This document shows positions 17,344 through 25,843 of a stretch of DNA of 32,000 bases, in pieces (within the stretch, counting starts at the first letter, position 1; every line of letters begins with the position of its first letter). The translations under genes and the position numbers were made by a program. The notes under the pieces were generated by a model, which did not search any database, was not told the DNA's origin, and saw only the letters and a program-made list of their open reading frames with translations. The stretch comes from Thermovibrio guaymasensis (GTDB lineage: Bacteria > Aquificota > Aquificia > Desulfurobacteriales > Desulfurobacteriaceae): assembly GCF_003633715.1 (NCBI RefSeq), contig NZ_RBIE01000001.1, positions 931,931 through 963,930 of the forward strand, in the 5' to 3' direction.

Positions 17344-18795
17344 TTGAGGCTCTCCCTAATCTTTAAGTACGTAGTGACGATACTCTTCTTCCTCTCAACC
17401 TCCTTCCTAATTCCGGCAGTCTACTCCTTCTTCTCAAAGGACGGTTTAACGGAGAACTTCCTATTTCCGCCGATTTTGATGGGAGCTCTCCTACTACTTG
17501 CACTCCAAATTAAAGAAAAGGTATCAGACGTAAACGTCAAAGAGGCCCTTTTAGTCGTAGCTCTCGTCTGGTTCCTCTTCCCAGCACTTTCAGCAATGTG
17601 CTACATGGAAACCGGAGCTATTCCCAGATTTGTAGATGCCTACTTTGAATCTGTCTCAGGTTTTACAACTACAGGAGCCTCAATCCTTACAGACATTGAA
17701 TCACTTCCAAAGAGCGTCCTCCTCTGGCGTTCGACTACCCACTGGATAGGGGGAATCGGTTTTGTTGTTTTCTCCCTCTCCCTACTACCCCTTTTGGGAA
17801 CGGGAGGAGCCCAGTTAATGAGAATAGAGGCTGCAAAGGCCGTTGAGGAGAAGGTTTTACCGAGAGTTAAAGAGGTAGCAAAGGCAATCTTAACTGTATA
17901 TATAATCTTAACTCTACTTGAAATAGTCCTACTAAAAATTGTTGGACTTCCCCTCTATGAGGCGGTTAACCACACATTTGCTACGGTAGCAACAGGAGGT
18001 TTCTCAACTAGGAACTCAAGCGTTGGAGCTTTTAACTCATTTTTAGCTGAGATGATTATTGCGGTTTTTATGATTCTCGGAGCTCTTAATCTCTCACTTT
18101 ACTACAGGGCCTTTAAAGAAAGGAACTTAAAGCTCTTCTTATCATACTACGAAGTTAAAAGCTTCCTGATAATAATTTCTATTTCAACAATAGTAACGAC
18201 CCTAGTCCTCTACTTTCAGAATTATTACCCTAACCCCATAACTGCATTTAGATACGCCTTCTTTCAAATTGCAACTGCAGCAACAACAACCGGGTTTGCT
18301 TCAACAGACTACTCCAGCTGGCCCCCCTTTATCTTGGCCCTTTTAATGATACTGGCCTTAATAGGAGCTTCCTCAGGCTCAACAGCCGGAGGAATAAAGC
18401 AGTTTAGATTCCTGGTAATGGTCAAGACTGCTATGAAAGAGCTTAAAAAGACAGCCCATCCGAGACTCGTTTATAGGATTTCCCTAGGAGATAAGATCCT
18501 TGATATCTCACTCCTAAACACAATTTGGGCTTTTATTTCAATCTACTTTTCAACAACCATCATCTTCGGATTAGCCTTAACCCTTTCAGGCTACGACTTA
18601 ATAACCTCCTTTTCAGCCTCAATAGCCTGCATAACAAGCTTGGGACCTGGTCTTGGAAAAGTCGGTCCTGCAGGAAACTTTGCCTTCTTCTCAGACTTTG
18701 ACAAACTCCTCCTATCAGTTGAAATGCTCCTTGGAAGACTTGAAATATTTCCAATACTAGCCCTTCTGATCCCAGAGTTTTGGAAAGAGTATTAA
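17344..18795 (+). CDS. trkH: Trk-type potassium uptake membrane protein
   Basis: Selectivity-filter-like segments TTGASIL, TVATGGFSTRN, TTTGFAS and SLGPGLG. I prefer the TTG at 17344 with AGAGGAAG SD over the tracked TTG at 17326. Confidence 0.92.
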   Translation: MRLSLIFKYVVTILFFLSTSFLIPAVYSFFSKDGLTENFLFPPILMGALLLLALQIKEKVSDVNVKEALLVVALVWFLFPALSAMCYMETGAIPRFVDAYFESVSGFTTTGASILTDIESLPKSVLLWRSTTHWIGGIGFVVFSLSLLPLLGTGGAQLMRIEAAKAVEEKVLPRVKEVAKAILTVYIILTLLEIVLLKIVGLPLYEAVNHTFATVATGGFSTRNSSVGAFNSFLAEMIIAVFMILGALNLSLYYRAFKERNLKLFLSYYEVKSFLIIISISTIVTTLVLYFQNYYPNPITAFRYAFFQIATAATTTGFASTDYSSWPPFILALLMILALIGASSGSTAGGIKQFRFLVMVKTAMKELKKTAHPRLVYRISLGDKILDISLLNTIWAFISIYFSTTIIFGLALTLSGYDLITSFSASIACITSLGPGLGKVGPAGNFAFFSDFDKLLLSVEMLLGRLEIFPILALLIPEFWKEY

Positions 18796-18884
18796 CAACT
18801 ATGAGGACATGGCACTTGAAAACCTTTAAACATGAGTATATTTCCAAAGAAATTCCCGAAACTTTTATCTTGGAGGTATAGAAG

Positions 18885-20258
18885 ATGAAAAAAAGCAACT
18901 ATATAGAAAAGCTAAAGAAAATTTTAGGCACAGAAAAAGTTAAAGATTCAACTTCCTGGAGGTTATCGTACGCTTACGATGGAACACCTACCGGATATAA
19001 GGGAGTACCTGACGTTGTTGTCTTTCCTGAAGATGAAGAGGATGTAGCTAAAGTTTTAGCGTTTGCAAATGAGAATAGGATTCCGGTCTATCCGAGGGGA
19101 GCAGGTTCGGGGTTAACGGGAGGTTCAGCTCCACTTGAAGGAGGAATCGTAGTTTCTACTGAGAAGATGAACAGGATAATTGAGATTGATGAGGACAACT
19201 TAGCCGTTCTAACTGAACCGGGAGTTGTAACTTACGAGCTCCAAAAGGAGGTTGAAAAGAGAGGGCTTTTCTACCCACCTGACCCTTCAAGTTACAAGTA
19301 CTCAACAATCGGCGGAAACATAGCAGAGAACGCTGGAGGGCCAAGGTGCGTTAAGTATGGAGTAACTAAGGACTACGTAATGCAGCTAGAAGTTGTATTT
19401 GCAGATGGAACGATTTCAAAGGTAGGCTCCAAAGCAGTTAAGTCTGTTGCAGGGTACAACTTAAAGGACTTAATAGTTGGCTCTGAAGGAACCCTTGCCT
19501 TCATAACAAAGGCTTACCTAAAGCTCATTCCTTCACCTGAGGCAGTTAGAACAGCAATGGCAGTTTTCCCAAAGGTTGAACAGGCAGCTCAGGCAGTTGC
19601 CGACATGTTTAAGAACAAAGTCATACCTACTGCATGTGAGTTCCTTGATAAAAACTCAATAGTTGCAGTTGAAAATTACGCAAAGATAGGACTTCCAACT
19701 TACGCTGAAGGACTTTTAGTAATTGAGGTTGACGGATACGAAGCTGTAGTTGATGAGCTGATAAACAGGGTAATAAAGGTCTGTAAGGAGGCTGGAGCTG
19801 AAGAAATTAAGAGGGCATCTACACCAGAAGAGAGAGAAGCCATCTGGCTTGCAAGAAGAGCGGTTTCCCCTGCAATTGTTCAGCTTAAGCCGAAGAAAAT
19901 TAACGAAGACGTTGTAGTCCCTAGAAACAAAATTCCGGAGATGATTAAAAATGTTTATAAAATAGCCGATAAGTATAATTTGATGGTTGTTAACTTCGGC
20001 CATGCTGGAGACGGGAACATTCACGTTAACTTCATGTACGAGCCGGAAGAAGAGGAAAGGGTTGAAATGGCTGTAAGGGAAGTTTTTGAGCTTACTCTCT
20101 CACTGGAAGGATCAATTTCAGGTGAACACGGTATAGGGTGGATGAAGAAGGAGTTTCTACCCCTTGAGGTGGGAGAAGCCCTTGAGAAGATGAAGGCTAT
20201 TAAGAAAGCTCTAGACCCTAATAACATACTAAACCCGGGGAAGATCTTTGACCTCTAA
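18885..20258 (+). CDS. glcD: FAD-linked oxidase, glycolate oxidase GlcD-like
   Basis: PVYPRGAGSGLTGGS, TVGG-like TIGGNIAENAGGPRCVKYG, SGEHGIGWMKKEF, LDPNNILNPGK. Confidence 0.92.
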   Translation: MKKSNYIEKLKKILGTEKVKDSTSWRLSYAYDGTPTGYKGVPDVVVFPEDEEDVAKVLAFANENRIPVYPRGAGSGLTGGSAPLEGGIVVSTEKMNRIIEIDEDNLAVLTEPGVVTYELQKEVEKRGLFYPPDPSSYKYSTIGGNIAENAGGPRCVKYGVTKDYVMQLEVVFADGTISKVGSKAVKSVAGYNLKDLIVGSEGTLAFITKAYLKLIPSPEAVRTAMAVFPKVEQAAQAVADMFKNKVIPTACEFLDKNSIVAVENYAKIGLPTYAEGLLVIEVDGYEAVVDELINRVIKVCKEAGAEEIKRASTPEEREAIWLARRAVSPAIVQLKPKKINEDVVVPRNKIPEMIKNVYKIADKYNLMVVNFGHAGDGNIHVNFMYEPEEEERVEMAVREVFELTLSLEGSISGEHGIGWMKKEFLPLEVGEALEKMKAIKKALDPNNILNPGKIFDL

Positions 20259-20276
20259 GGTCTTTCCCCTTTTATT
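20237..20276 (+). terminator. Intrinsic terminator overlapping the glcD stop codon
   Basis: Outer stem GGGGAA (20237-20242)/TTCCCC (20264-20269), inner stem GACCT-CTA-AGGTC (20250-20262), then TTTTATT; there is an internal loop between stems. Confidence 0.6.
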
Positions 20277-20309
20277 GTACTTCAATACTCTTAACTAGGT
20301 GGTGAAAAG

Positions 20310-21071
20310 ATGGATATAGCCACCCTAATAGGTATAGGCGGTGCTTTCTTACTTATCATTGTTTCTATTGTAATCGGAGGAAGTCCTGGAGCGTTCATTA
20401 ACATTCCCTCTCTCTTAATCACAGTCGGCGGTGGACTTGCCGCAGGAATGGCCGGCTTTCCCATGGGAGAGTTCATAAACGGCCTAAAGGCCATGCTTAA
20501 GGCCCTCAACCCCGGGATGCCAAACCCTATAGAGGAAATAGACTTTTTAACAGATGTAGCAAAGAAGGCTAGGAAGGAAGGAATTTTAGCCCTGGAGTCC
20601 GACATTGATACTTTCTATTCAAGGGACCCCTTCTTCGGCGGAATAATGAGAATGTTAATTGACGGACTTGAAATAGAAGAGATAAGGAGTACAGCCGAAG
20701 CATCCATGGCGCAAATAGAGCAGAAACTATCAACAGAAGTATCGGTCTGGGAATCTCTGGGAGACCTCTTTCCAGCCTTTGGAATGATCGGAACGCTAAT
20801 CGGTCTTATCCAGATGCTCCAGAACCTATCCGACCCTTCAGCTCTCGGTCCCGGAATGGCCGTAGCGATGATTACAACCCTCTACGGTGCAATACTTGCC
20901 TATACTCTATGTATTCCCATTTCTAAAAAGCTCAAGTACTACAAAGACCTTAAAATGCTCTTCCTTGAAGCATACCTTTTAACTGCAGAAGCAATAGAAA
21001 AGGGAGTTAACCCAAACATACTCAGACAAAAGCTTGCAGGTCTCTTTGGAGTGGAAGTAGAAGAGGGTTAA
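20310..21071 (+). CDS. motA: Flagellar motor stator protein MotA
   Basis: AFINIPSLLITVGGGLAAGMAG, GLIQMLQNL, GPGMAVAMITTLYGA. Confidence 0.96.
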   Translation: MDIATLIGIGGAFLLIIVSIVIGGSPGAFINIPSLLITVGGGLAAGMAGFPMGEFINGLKAMLKALNPGMPNPIEEIDFLTDVAKKARKEGILALESDIDTFYSRDPFFGGIMRMLIDGLEIEEIRSTAEASMAQIEQKLSTEVSVWESLGDLFPAFGMIGTLIGLIQMLQNLSDPSALGPGMAVAMITTLYGAILAYTLCIPISKKLKYYKDLKMLFLEAYLLTAEAIEKGVNPNILRQKLAGLFGVEVEEG

Positions 21072-21075
21072 GTAG

Positions 21076-21777
21076 ATGGCAAGAAAGAAAAAGGAGGAGT
21101 GTAAAGCTCCTCCTGCCTGGCTCACAAGTTTTGGTGACCTAATGTCCCTCCTTTTAACCTTCTTTATTCTCCTCTACTCTATGTCAACTATTTCCCTTGA
21201 AAAGTTCTACCAGGCAATAAAGGGAATAATTGAGGCCTTCGGCGGCCACTACGTAGTCTACGAAGAAAGGGTAATAAGGGGTAAAAACGTTCCCGTCCAG
21301 ATGCCGAACATGTACCCTAAGATGAAGAGCAGAAAGGAAATTGAAGAAAAAGTCCACAAAATAAGGGAAACTTTAAAAGCTCTTGGAGTTGACTCTGAAG
21401 TTGCAAAGTACGGCCAGAGTATAAGGCTGAGAATAAACACAGATAAGATCTTCCCTCTTGGAAGTGACAAACCTTACCCTGAAGCAATTCCTCTAATTAT
21501 GGAACTCTGTAAGAAACTAAAAGAGCTTGATTTACCTTTAACTATAGAAGGACACACAGACAACACTCCAATTAGAAATGGAAGGTTTCCCTCAAACTGG
21601 GAGCTCTCAGCTGCAAGAGCAACAGCAGTCCTAAGACTCTTTATTCAGTGTGGCTACGACCCTAAGAAACTCTCAGCTGCTGGCTGCGGAGAGTACCACC
21701 CAATAGCTCCAAACACAACTCCAGAAGGGAGAGCTAAAAACAGGAGAATTGAAATAGTGATTCATCTACCAATGTAG
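21076..21777 (+). CDS. motB: Flagellar motor protein MotB (MotB1), OmpA-like C-terminus
   Basis: PAWLTSFGDLMSLLLTFFILLYSMS and EGHTDNTPI...NWELSAARA...AKNRRIEI. Confidence 0.96.
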   Translation: MARKKKEECKAPPAWLTSFGDLMSLLLTFFILLYSMSTISLEKFYQAIKGIIEAFGGHYVVYEERVIRGKNVPVQMPNMYPKMKSRKEIEEKVHKIRETLKALGVDSEVAKYGQSIRLRINTDKIFPLGSDKPYPEAIPLIMELCKKLKELDLPLTIEGHTDNTPIRNGRFPSNWELSAARATAVLRLFIQCGYDPKKLSAAGCGEYHPIAPNTTPEGRAKNRRIEIVIHLPM

Positions 21778-21784
21778 GAGTAGG

Positions 21785-22549
21785 ATGGCAAGGAAGAAAA
21801 AGGAAGAGTGTAAAAGCGTACCGGCATGGCTAACAAGCTTTAGTGACCTAATGTCACTCCTTCTGACCTTCTTCATTCTCCTTTACTCTATGTCAACTCT
21901 TGATATAACAAAGGCAATGAAGTTCCTATCATACTTTCAAGGAGAAAAAGCAAAAACTTTTAAACAGATTTCCATAGTAAAACCTATAAAGATCTATACA
22001 GAAGATGTTGCCCGAAAGATAAAAAAGCTAATAAAAAGACTCCTTCCGGTATACGGTTACCAGCTGGTAGTAACTGAACAATACGTAATGATCAGGCTCT
22101 TTAACAAAATTCTCTTTGAAAAGGACACTGTAAAACTAACTCCCCAGGCTAAGAAAGCCCTTGAGAAGATAGCTCAGGTAATAAAATCCTTAAACGGAAA
22201 CTACAGGGTAAGAGTTGAAGGCCACACGAGTAAAGGTGAACCTACCAAACCGATAAAAGGTGTTAACGACAGTTGGGACCTCTCAATTCTAAGGGCCACT
22301 CAAGTTGCAAAGTACTTAATATCAAAGGGCGTTGATCCTAAAAAAGTTTTCGTTGTCGGTTACGATGCTACAAGACCCCTTTATACCTGGAACAATCCAA
22401 TACTTCAGGCAAGGAACAGGAGAGTTGAAATCTACCTTGAAGTTGCAGTTCCTAAGGAAGAAGAGGAGGAGAAGGTTCTAATAAAGAAAAAGGAGAAACT
22501 CCCCACCAAAGGCGGGGAGGAACGGAAGGCTAGTTCAGAAAAACGTTAA
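21785..22549 (+). CDS. Second MotB paralogue (MotB2) with divergent OmpA-like domain
   Basis: Near-identical N-terminus to MotB1; EGHTSKGE...SWDLSILRA...ARNRRVEIYLEV; long charged tail. Confidence 0.93.
   Translation: MARKKKEECKSVPAWLTSFSDLMSLLLTFFILLYSMSTLDITKAMKFLSYFQGEKAKTFKQISIVKPIKIYTEDVARKIKKLIKRLLPVYGYQLVVTEQYVMIRLFNKILFEKDTVKLTPQAKKALEKIAQVIKSLNGNYRVRVEGHTSKGEPTKPIKGVNDSWDLSILRATQVAKYLISKGVDPKKVFVVGYDATRPLYTWNNPILQARNRRVEIYLEVAVPKEEEEEKVLIKKKEKLPTKGGEERKASSEKR
22484..22519 (-). terminator. Intrinsic terminator of the sigma factor operon, lying inside the motB2 coding sequence
   Basis: Minus strand reads CUCCCCGCC-UUU-GGUGGGGAG (9-bp stem including one G-U) then UUUCUCCUUUUUCUUU; it begins 10 nt after the sigma-factor stop. 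Confidence 0.8.
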
Positions 22550-23489
22550 GTTTCTTCCTCATTGCATACTCTCTCATCTTCTTCTTAGCCCTGGTTTCAA
22601 GCTGGCGAACTCTCTCCCTGCTTATCCCTAACTTCTCACCTATCTCCCTTAAAGTCTTAGGTTCATTCCCGTCAAGTCCAAAGCGCATAATAATTATCTT
22701 CTTTTCCTGAGGAGTTAACTGCTCAAGCATTTCCTGAATGCTCTGCTTGAGTTCCTCTTGAACTACCTTTTCCTCAACTTCAGCGGTCCCTTCACCCTTA
22801 AGGAAGTCCTTAAAGGTAGTATCTTCCTCATCACCAATGGGAGTATCAAGGGAGAGTGGAACCTGGCAGATGGAAAGGAGTCTCTCTATCTCCTTAGGCT
22901 CCATCCCAACGTGCTGCGCAAGCTCCTCTATGGTTGGTTCCCTTCCAAGCTCTTTAAGGAGCTCCCCGTAAGAACGGGTAATCTTGTTGACTAAAACTGC
23001 CTGTTTTACAGGTATCTTAACAGCACCTGTCTGCTGGGCAAGGGCCTGCATTATGGACTGTCTAATCCACCAGACTGCGTAGGAGATAAACTTAACTCCC
23101 TTATCAGGGTCAAACCTTCTAGCCGCCTCAATCAGCCCCAAAATCCCCTCAGCTATAAGGTCGTGAAGGGGAAGACCGCAACCGAGGTACTTCTTTGCAA
23201 CGCTGACAACAAACCTTAAGTTTGACTCAACAAGCTTCTTTAAAGCTTCCTTATCCCCCGCCTTTGCCCTCTTTGCAAGCTCAATCTCCTCCTCCCTCGT
23301 TAAAAGAGGGATCTTTGAAATTGACTTTAAGAAAGCGTCCAGAGAGTCCTTATCAGGAACAAAGGATTCAATTAAAGTAGGATCTATCTCCTGATCAAAG
23401 AGGGTAAGACTTGTCTCTTCTCCCTCAAAGTCTAAGTTATCAATATCTACATTCTCTTCATCTTCAAATAGAAACTCCTTCTCTTCCAT
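22530..23489 (-). CDS. RNA polymerase sigma-70 family factor (RpoD/SigA-RpoS-like, no region 1.1)
   Basis: Region 2 NLRFVVSVAKKYLGCGLPLHDLIAEGILGLIEAARRFDPDKGVKFISYAVWWIRQSI; region 4 TLREIGEKLGISRERVRQLETRA. Confidence 0.95.
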   Translation of the reverse strand: MEEKEFLFEDEENVDIDNLDFEGEETSLTLFDQEIDPTLIESFVPDKDSLDAFLKSISKIPLLTREEEIELAKRAKAGDKEALKKLVESNLRFVVSVAKKYLGCGLPLHDLIAEGILGLIEAARRFDPDKGVKFISYAVWWIRQSIMQALAQQTGAVKIPVKQAVLVNKITRSYGELLKELGREPTIEELAQHVGMEPKEIERLLSICQVPLSLDTPIGDEEDTTFKDFLKGEGTAEVEEKVVQEELKQSIQEMLEQLTPQEKKIIIMRFGLDGNEPKTLREIGEKLGISRERVRQLETRAKKKMREYAMRKKLNVFLN

Positions 23490-23500
23490 ACCAACCTCTC

Positions 23501-24934
23501 CTAATCTTCAGGGTTTAAAACTACGTAAATTACTCCTTCTCCCCTTACTACTTTAAGGAGAACTCCGGAGCTACCTGCCTTCTTAATAATACTTAACAAG
23601 TCATCAACACTCTTAACGGGCCTTAAATCCTTGGGAGTTACACCAGCAGCGACAATAATATCTCCCTCTCTAAGGCCTGCATCATCAGCAGATGAACCTG
23701 AGCTAACCTCAGTAACAATTAAACCGTGCTTGACCCACTTTGGAACTCTCAACTTGCTCTTCAAATCAGGAGTTAACGGCTGAACGGAAAATCCAAATTT
23801 AGACATTAAATCAACATGGGCAAGTGACTGGGTTCCCGGCATTTGGCCAATTTTCACTTTAAGGACCTTTCTCTTACCGTCCCTAATTACAGTAATTTTG
23901 ACTTCCTCACCGGGCTTTGTATTTATTACTTTTAACTGAAGGTCTGTAACGTTCTTTACAGGTTCTCCGTTAAACTCAACAATTATGTCTCCAGCCTTCA
24001 AACCTCCCTTTTCAGCAGGACTGTTGGGCATGACTTTAGTTACGAGAACCCCTTCTTTAACGCCAAACTTCTTAGCAAGTGAAGGAGAAACGTCCTCAAT
24101 GTAAACTCCAAGCCAACCCCTTATTACCTTACCGTACTTAAGGAGGTCATCCATTACTTTCTTTGCTATGTTTATCGGAACTGCAAAACCAAGTCCTTGA
24201 GCATTCCTAACTATAGCCGTATTGATCCCGATAACCTTACCGTGAATGTCACAAAGAGGACCACCGCTGTTGCCGGGATTTATCGCAGCATCGGTCTGGA
24301 TGAAGTTCTCTATCGGGTTAAGGCCTAAACCGTGTCTTCCCTTAGCAGAGATAATACCGTGGGTCACAGTCCAGTTTAAACCGTAAGGGTTACCAATTGC
24401 TATAACGAATTGACCAACCTTTATCCTATCTGAATCCCCAATTTCAACTACAGGAACCTTTTTATCTCCAACTTTTATCTTTATTAGAGCAACGTCGGTC
24501 TTTGGATCAGTTCCAACAACTTTTGCCTTATAAACGGAGCCGTCACTCAGTTTGACCTTTATCTTCTTAGCCTTTGATACAACGTGGTTGTTCGTCAGTA
24601 TGTATGCCCAGCCGTCTTCAACCTTAACAATGAAACCTGAACCCAGAGAGCGTGTTTCAAAACGCCGGGGAATCTCAGGGAACGGAAATCCGAAATCATG
24701 AAAGAAATTCCTAAACTCGGGGGGAATGGGAGGGTGCTTTATTTCTACCTCAGAAACTGTACTAATATTAACGACTGCAGGCTTAACCTTTTCAACAACT
24801 TCCTCAAAAACGTTCTGGAGGGATTCAACAACCTCGTAGTCCCGAACCTGAGTTGAAAGGGCCGGCTGGGAGGAGAAAAGACCAAAAAGGAAAACTGCAG
24901 CCGTAAAACTCCTTAGAAGCTGTCTGGTGTTCAT
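23501..24934 (-). CDS. DegP/HtrA-family (Do) serine protease with two PDZ domains
   Basis: Triad contexts ILTNNHVV, TDVALIKI, INPGNSGGPL; two PDZ domains; signal peptide; GGAGG SD. Confidence 0.95.
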   Translation of the reverse strand: MNTRQLLRSFTAAVFLFGLFSSQPALSTQVRDYEVVESLQNVFEEVVEKVKPAVVNISTVSEVEIKHPPIPPEFRNFFHDFGFPFPEIPRRFETRSLGSGFIVKVEDGWAYILTNNHVVSKAKKIKVKLSDGSVYKAKVVGTDPKTDVALIKIKVGDKKVPVVEIGDSDRIKVGQFVIAIGNPYGLNWTVTHGIISAKGRHGLGLNPIENFIQTDAAINPGNSGGPLCDIHGKVIGINTAIVRNAQGLGFAVPINIAKKVMDDLLKYGKVIRGWLGVYIEDVSPSLAKKFGVKEGVLVTKVMPNSPAEKGGLKAGDIIVEFNGEPVKNVTDLQLKVINTKPGEEVKITVIRDGKRKVLKVKIGQMPGTQSLAHVDLMSKFGFSVQPLTPDLKSKLRVPKWVKHGLIVTEVSSGSSADDAGLREGDIIVAAGVTPKDLRPVKSVDDLLSIIKKAGSSGVLLKVVRGEGVIYVVLNPED

Positions 24935-24954
24935 CGCACTACCTCCTTTTGATT

Positions 24955-25830
24955 TTACTTGTTCTCTGTTAAAGCGTAGATTATTTTCTTAACCTTCTTC
25001 TCACTTAGAACCCTCTTTGCACCTATGAACCTTCTCTTAAAGTACCTCTCACTCAAGCTGGAAATAGCAAGGCCATGGTACATTGATGAAAAGTGGATAA
25101 ATCTGCCGTTTCCTATGTAAATACCTACGTGGGAAGGATAACGGGCGTAAGTTCTAAAGAAAACCAAGTCTCCAACTTTTAAGTTACCAATATCAACGGG
25201 CACACCAACGTTAAACTGAGCCCTTGCAGTCCTTGGAAGTTTAATTCCAAGTTTCCTATAGACGTACATCGTAAAAGAGGAACAGTCTAGGCCAAAGTGA
25301 GGGTTATTCCCACCGAAAACGTAGGGAGTATTCTTCAGTTTCTTAAATATCTCAGCAAAGAGCTTAAAGAGAGCTCCCTTATACTCAGGATCGTTAAGAA
25401 TTGAAAGGCTCCAATTATCGTACTTTACGTCCAAGGGAGTAGAAAGAACCTGCGCAAGCTCTTCAGCCTCTCTGTAAACAACTTCTGTAAGAGGGTTAAT
25501 CTCACTCCCTACAATTTTTGAACTCAGAGCCTGTTCCGATTCTTTCTTAAGGAATGCTATAGTCTCACCGCTCTTTCTAGGCTTAAACTTCCTGTACCAA
25601 GAAGGAGTATGTCTTGTTCCGGGAATTATTAGCTTCTGTCCAACCCTTATAGTATTACTCCTCAAACCGTTCAGCCTCTTTATCTTAGACACAGTTGTGT
25701 GGAACTTCTTAGCAATCTTGTAGAGGGAGTCACCGGGTTTAACCCTGTAAATATCAGCCTGGACAGGTAGAGCAAAAGTGAAGGCAAGCACAAGGGAAGT
25801 TAACAATCTCTTCAAACTATCCTCCTCCAA
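24955..25830 (-). CDS. LysM + NlpC/P60 peptidoglycan endopeptidase (start may be internal)
   Basis: YRVKPGDSLYKIAKKFHTTVSKIKRLN (LysM); FGLDCSSFTMYVYRKLGIKLPRTARAQ...SHVGIYIGNGRFIH (C/H of NlpC/P60). Confidence 0.93.
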   Translation of the reverse strand: MEEDSLKRLLTSLVLAFTFALPVQADIYRVKPGDSLYKIAKKFHTTVSKIKRLNGLRSNTIRVGQKLIIPGTRHTPSWYRKFKPRKSGETIAFLKKESEQALSSKIVGSEINPLTEVVYREAEELAQVLSTPLDVKYDNWSLSILNDPEYKGALFKLFAEIFKKLKNTPYVFGGNNPHFGLDCSSFTMYVYRKLGIKLPRTARAQFNVGVPVDIGNLKVGDLVFFRTYARYPSHVGIYIGNGRFIHFSSMYHGLAISSLSERYFKRRFIGAKRVLSEKKVKKIIYALTENK

Positions 25831-25843
25831 TACCCCTTGCTAA

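Noticed and set aside
18810-18825. TGGCAC resembling a sigma-54 -24 element upstream of glcD
   Set aside because: The expected TTGC -12 element at the right spacing is absent (TGGCAC-TTGAA-AACC).
21076-22549. Tandem motB copies considered as a mobile-element footprint
   Set aside because: No terminal repeats, target duplications or transposase; ordinary paralogue pair.
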